Below, piece after piece: positions 61,833 to 64,000 of a stretch of 64,000 bases of DNA (positions are counted from its first letter, which is position 1; each line of letters opens with the position of its first letter). The notes beneath the pieces are model-generated. The model was not told the origin of the DNA and searched no databases. It worked only from the letters and a program-made list of their open reading frames with translations. The position numbers and the translations under genes were made by a program. The DNA is from Clostridiaceae bacterium (GTDB lineage Bacteria; Bacillota; Clostridia; Oscillospirales; QAMX01), in NCBI GenBank assembly GCA_018384365.1, contig JAHAYX010000001.1, positions 101,678-165,677 of the forward strand. The letters are read 5' to 3'.

Positions 61833-64000
61833 ATGAAAATCAAACGCTCACTTTCTGTCGTACTGATACTGGCGTTTTTCTTTGCATTTCTGCCCCACGC
61901 GGGAGCCTATTCCGACACGGAGGGTCATCCTGCGCAGCAGGCGATCGAACGTTTCAGTGAATACGGCATCATTCTGGGATACGACGGCCTTTTCCGTCCG
62001 GATGATTCCATCACACGTGCCGAAATGGCCATCATCATCGACCGCATGGTATCCTACACACAGACTGCGCAAAACACGTATCAGGATCTGGACGACGGCT
62101 GGCACACCGAAGCCGTTTTAAAGCTCTGCGCCGCCGGTATTCTGCAGGGGTACGACGGCTGTGTCCGCCCCTTTGACAACATCACCCGCGCCGAAGCCGT
62201 TGTCATGCTGGCCCGTACCTTCGGGGTATCCGAGTATGCGGAAGGCATCCGTATTTTCGACGATGCGGCGTCCATACCGGACTGGGCCGCCGGCCTGACC
62301 GGCGCCATGGCCTATGCCGGAGCACTGCCTTTCGGCAGGAATTTCGAATATGCCCGTGAGATCACGCGCGCCGAGGTCGTGCAGATCCTTGATGCATTGC
62401 TGGCCGACATTTGCGATGTCCCCGGCCTTTACACCCGGAATGTCCACGGCAATCTTCTGGTCACTGCGCCGGACGTTGTTCTGACAGACATCACGGTAAG
62501 CGGCAACATATATGTTGCGGGACAGGCACAGAATTTCACGTTTTCCGATGCAGCTGTGCTGGGCGAGGTGTACACGTTGGCCAATCCCGACATCAAGGCA
62601 GACGATGACAGCTTCGCGGGCAGTCTTTTGCCCTCTGACACAGCGCCCACGGCGGATATTGCGTCCGAGCTGGATCTTTCCCACACCGGCAGCGAAACGG
62701 TGAGCGTCATCGTACGTGCCGGGCGCAGTCTGGCGCAGATTTTCGATCTTCTCGAGGAAAAGGGCGTCTGTTCCGCCGCCGCCCTCTTTGCGGCGTGTGA
62801 AACCATCGACTTTTCCCGGTATTACCCGTTCCTTGCAGATTCCTGCCAGGCAGAAAACCGCATTTTTGCCCTGGAGGGCTATATTGCGCCGGATTCCTAT
62901 ACGTTCTATACGGGCTCTTCCCCGGCCCTGGTGCTGAAAACCATGCTGGATCCCTCGGCAGAAGCCTATTCGGACTACGCCGAACGTGCTGCCGGGCTTG
63001 GCCGGACGCTGGATGAGATCATCACCATTGCCTCTATTATTGAAAAGGAAGTCGGCGGCTGTACGGAGCAGGACCGCGCCACCGTAGCCTCGATCATCTA
63101 TAACCGCCTTGACAGCGGCACCAAACTGCAGATGAATGTCACAGAGAACTATCTGGAGACATACGTGCTTCCCTATACGAACGCCGGTCTGGCAGACTAC
63201 GAACCCTATTATAACACCTATATGTGCAGCGGTCTGCCTGCAGGCGCCATTTGTTCGCCGCGTGCCGACTGCATCGAGGCTGCGCTTTCCCCCTATGACA
63301 CCGATTACATCTTCTTCCGTTCCGACCGTTACGGCAATATTTATTATGCCGTGACCTATGAAGAGCACGTCCAAAACGGCACGCTTGCCGCCGCTGCCAC
63401 GGAGTATCTCGGCTACCTCGGGAACGTTTCTCTCCCCGAAGCAGAGGACGAGTATGTGCCGGTTGACGGCAGATACAGCGGTGTGACCATCCTGCTGGAT
63501 CCCGGCCACGGCGGACGTGACACCGGCGCATACACCGGCGATGTTTCCGAGAAGGATCTTAATCTTGCCGTCGCCCTGAAGCTGCGTGGTCTTCTGCGCG
63601 CCGAAGGCGTCAACGTCCTGCTGACGCGCGACGGTGACACCACGCTTACGCCGTATGACCGCGTTGATCTCGCAAATGACTTCTCTCCCGATCTTTTCCT
63701 CAGTATTCACTGCAATTCTTATGAGGATGACCACACGGTAAACGGCATTGAAACGTATTATTACCCCGGCGATGCAGCCAGCGCGGAATGGGCAAACTAT
63801 CTCCAAAACGCAATGATTGCTGCAAGTGCTGCTGCGGACCGCGGTGTCAGGTCGAACGAACTGATTGTCCTGCATTACACGCAAATGCCCTCCGTCATGG
63901 TGGAATTGGGCTTTCTGACAAACGATATGGAGTCCAACCTGCTCCAGAGCGAAATGTACCAGTCGCTTTTGGCCCAGGCACTGGCGGACGCCACCTTGGC
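61833..64000 (+). CDS. Cell-wall protein: signal peptide + SLH repeats + YceG/MltG-like domain + N-acetylmuramoyl-L-alanine amidase (Amidase_3); runs off the right edge
   Basis: Not in the ORF track because there is no stop in the window. Reads MKIKRSLSVVLILAFFFAF..., SLH-like ITRAE repeats, YceG-like IASIIEKEVGG...IIYNRL...LQMNVT and the amidase motif LLDPGHGGRDTGA...SIHCNS. The listed minus ORF 62118..63884 is its antisense shadow. Confidence 0.8.
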   Translation, partial: MKIKRSLSVVLILAFFFAFLPHAGAYSDTEGHPAQQAIERFSEYGIILGYDGLFRPDDSITRAEMAIIIDRMVSYTQTAQNTYQDLDDGWHTEAVLKLCAAGILQGYDGCVRPFDNITRAEAVVMLARTFGVSEYAEGIRIFDDAASIPDWAAGLTGAMAYAGALPFGRNFEYAREITRAEVVQILDALLADICDVPGLYTRNVHGNLLVTAPDVVLTDITVSGNIYVAGQAQNFTFSDAAVLGEVYTLANPDIKADDDSFAGSLLPSDTAPTADIASELDLSHTGSETVSVIVRAGRSLAQIFDLLEEKGVCSAAALFAACETIDFSRYYPFLADSCQAENRIFALEGYIAPDSYTFYTGSSPALVLKTMLDPSAEAYSDYAERAAGLGRTLDEIITIASIIEKEVGGCTEQDRATVASIIYNRLDSGTKLQMNVTENYLETYVLPYTNAGLADYEPYYNTYMCSGLPAGAICSPRADCIEAALSPYDTDYIFFRSDRYGNIYYAVTYEEHVQNGTLAAAATEYLGYLGNVSLPEAEDEYVPVDGRYSGVTILLDPGHGGRDTGAYTGDVSEKDLNLAVALKLRGLLRAEGVNVLLTRDGDTTLTPYDRVDLANDFSPDLFLSIHCNSYEDDHTVNGIETYYYPGDAASAEWANYLQNAMIAASAAADRGVRSNELIVLHYTQMPSVMVELGFLTNDMESNLLQSEMYQSLLAQALADATL

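Noticed and set aside
62118-63884. 588-aa minus-strand ORF
   Set aside because: It is antisense to the SLH-YceG-amidase ORF, which has clear domain motifs. The minus product is G/R/V-rich with no motif or SD.
1-64000. Search for tRNA, rRNA, tmRNA and CRISPR arrays, transposase or integrase genes
   Set aside because: By eye I found none of the following: T-loop/acceptor-like sequence pairs, rRNA-like conserved blocks, regularly spaced short repeats, or recombinase motifs. Absence is by visual inspection only.

Overview
This is a GC-rich chromosomal segment with AT-rich intergenic regions. Gene content suggests an endospore-forming Firmicute of the class Clostridia. All function calls rest on motifs read by eye, since no searches were possible.

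Most of the window is housekeeping and sporulation genes:
- Metal and sporulation genes: a partial larA-like gene, copA, spoIIP and gpr.
- A radical-SAM gene pair, an M50 protease and an RsmB/F-type methyltransferase.
- nfeD-floA, rnj, dpaAB, a GerMN lipoprotein and a two-component system.
- A PBP5-type carboxypeptidase, secG, polA, rimI-tsaD and a cyclophilin.
- A partial SLH-YceG-amidase wall protein at the right edge.

Two regions look accessory:
1. 12.7-30.4 kb is a carbohydrate-uptake neighbourhood.
   - It holds three tandem, independently transcribed 'orphan' solute-binding lipoprotein paralogs, two of them about 93-94% identical.
   - It also holds an SDR/AraC divergent pair.
   - One operon encodes a beta-propeller-fused binding protein, two CUT1-type permeases, a very long HlyD-like adaptor and a MacB-periplasmic-domain-only protein, with no ATPase.
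   - Shared GTTTGAAA-type motifs link these units.
2. 44.1-53.1 kb is a compact nine-gene phage-derived packaging, head and stubby-tail block.
   - The genes are a truncated TerS, TerL, portal, scaffold, capsid, two unknowns, a fibre and a 48-aa ORF.
   - It has no integrase, repressor, replication, tape-measure or lysis genes.
   - It lies between secG and two tandem terminators.
   - I consider it the best candidate for an undescribed system: a domesticated podovirus-like or GTA-like particle locus.

Other notable signals are a DnaA-box cluster just downstream of tsaD and 33-bp tandem repeats upstream of dpaA. No rRNA, tRNA or CRISPR array was seen.
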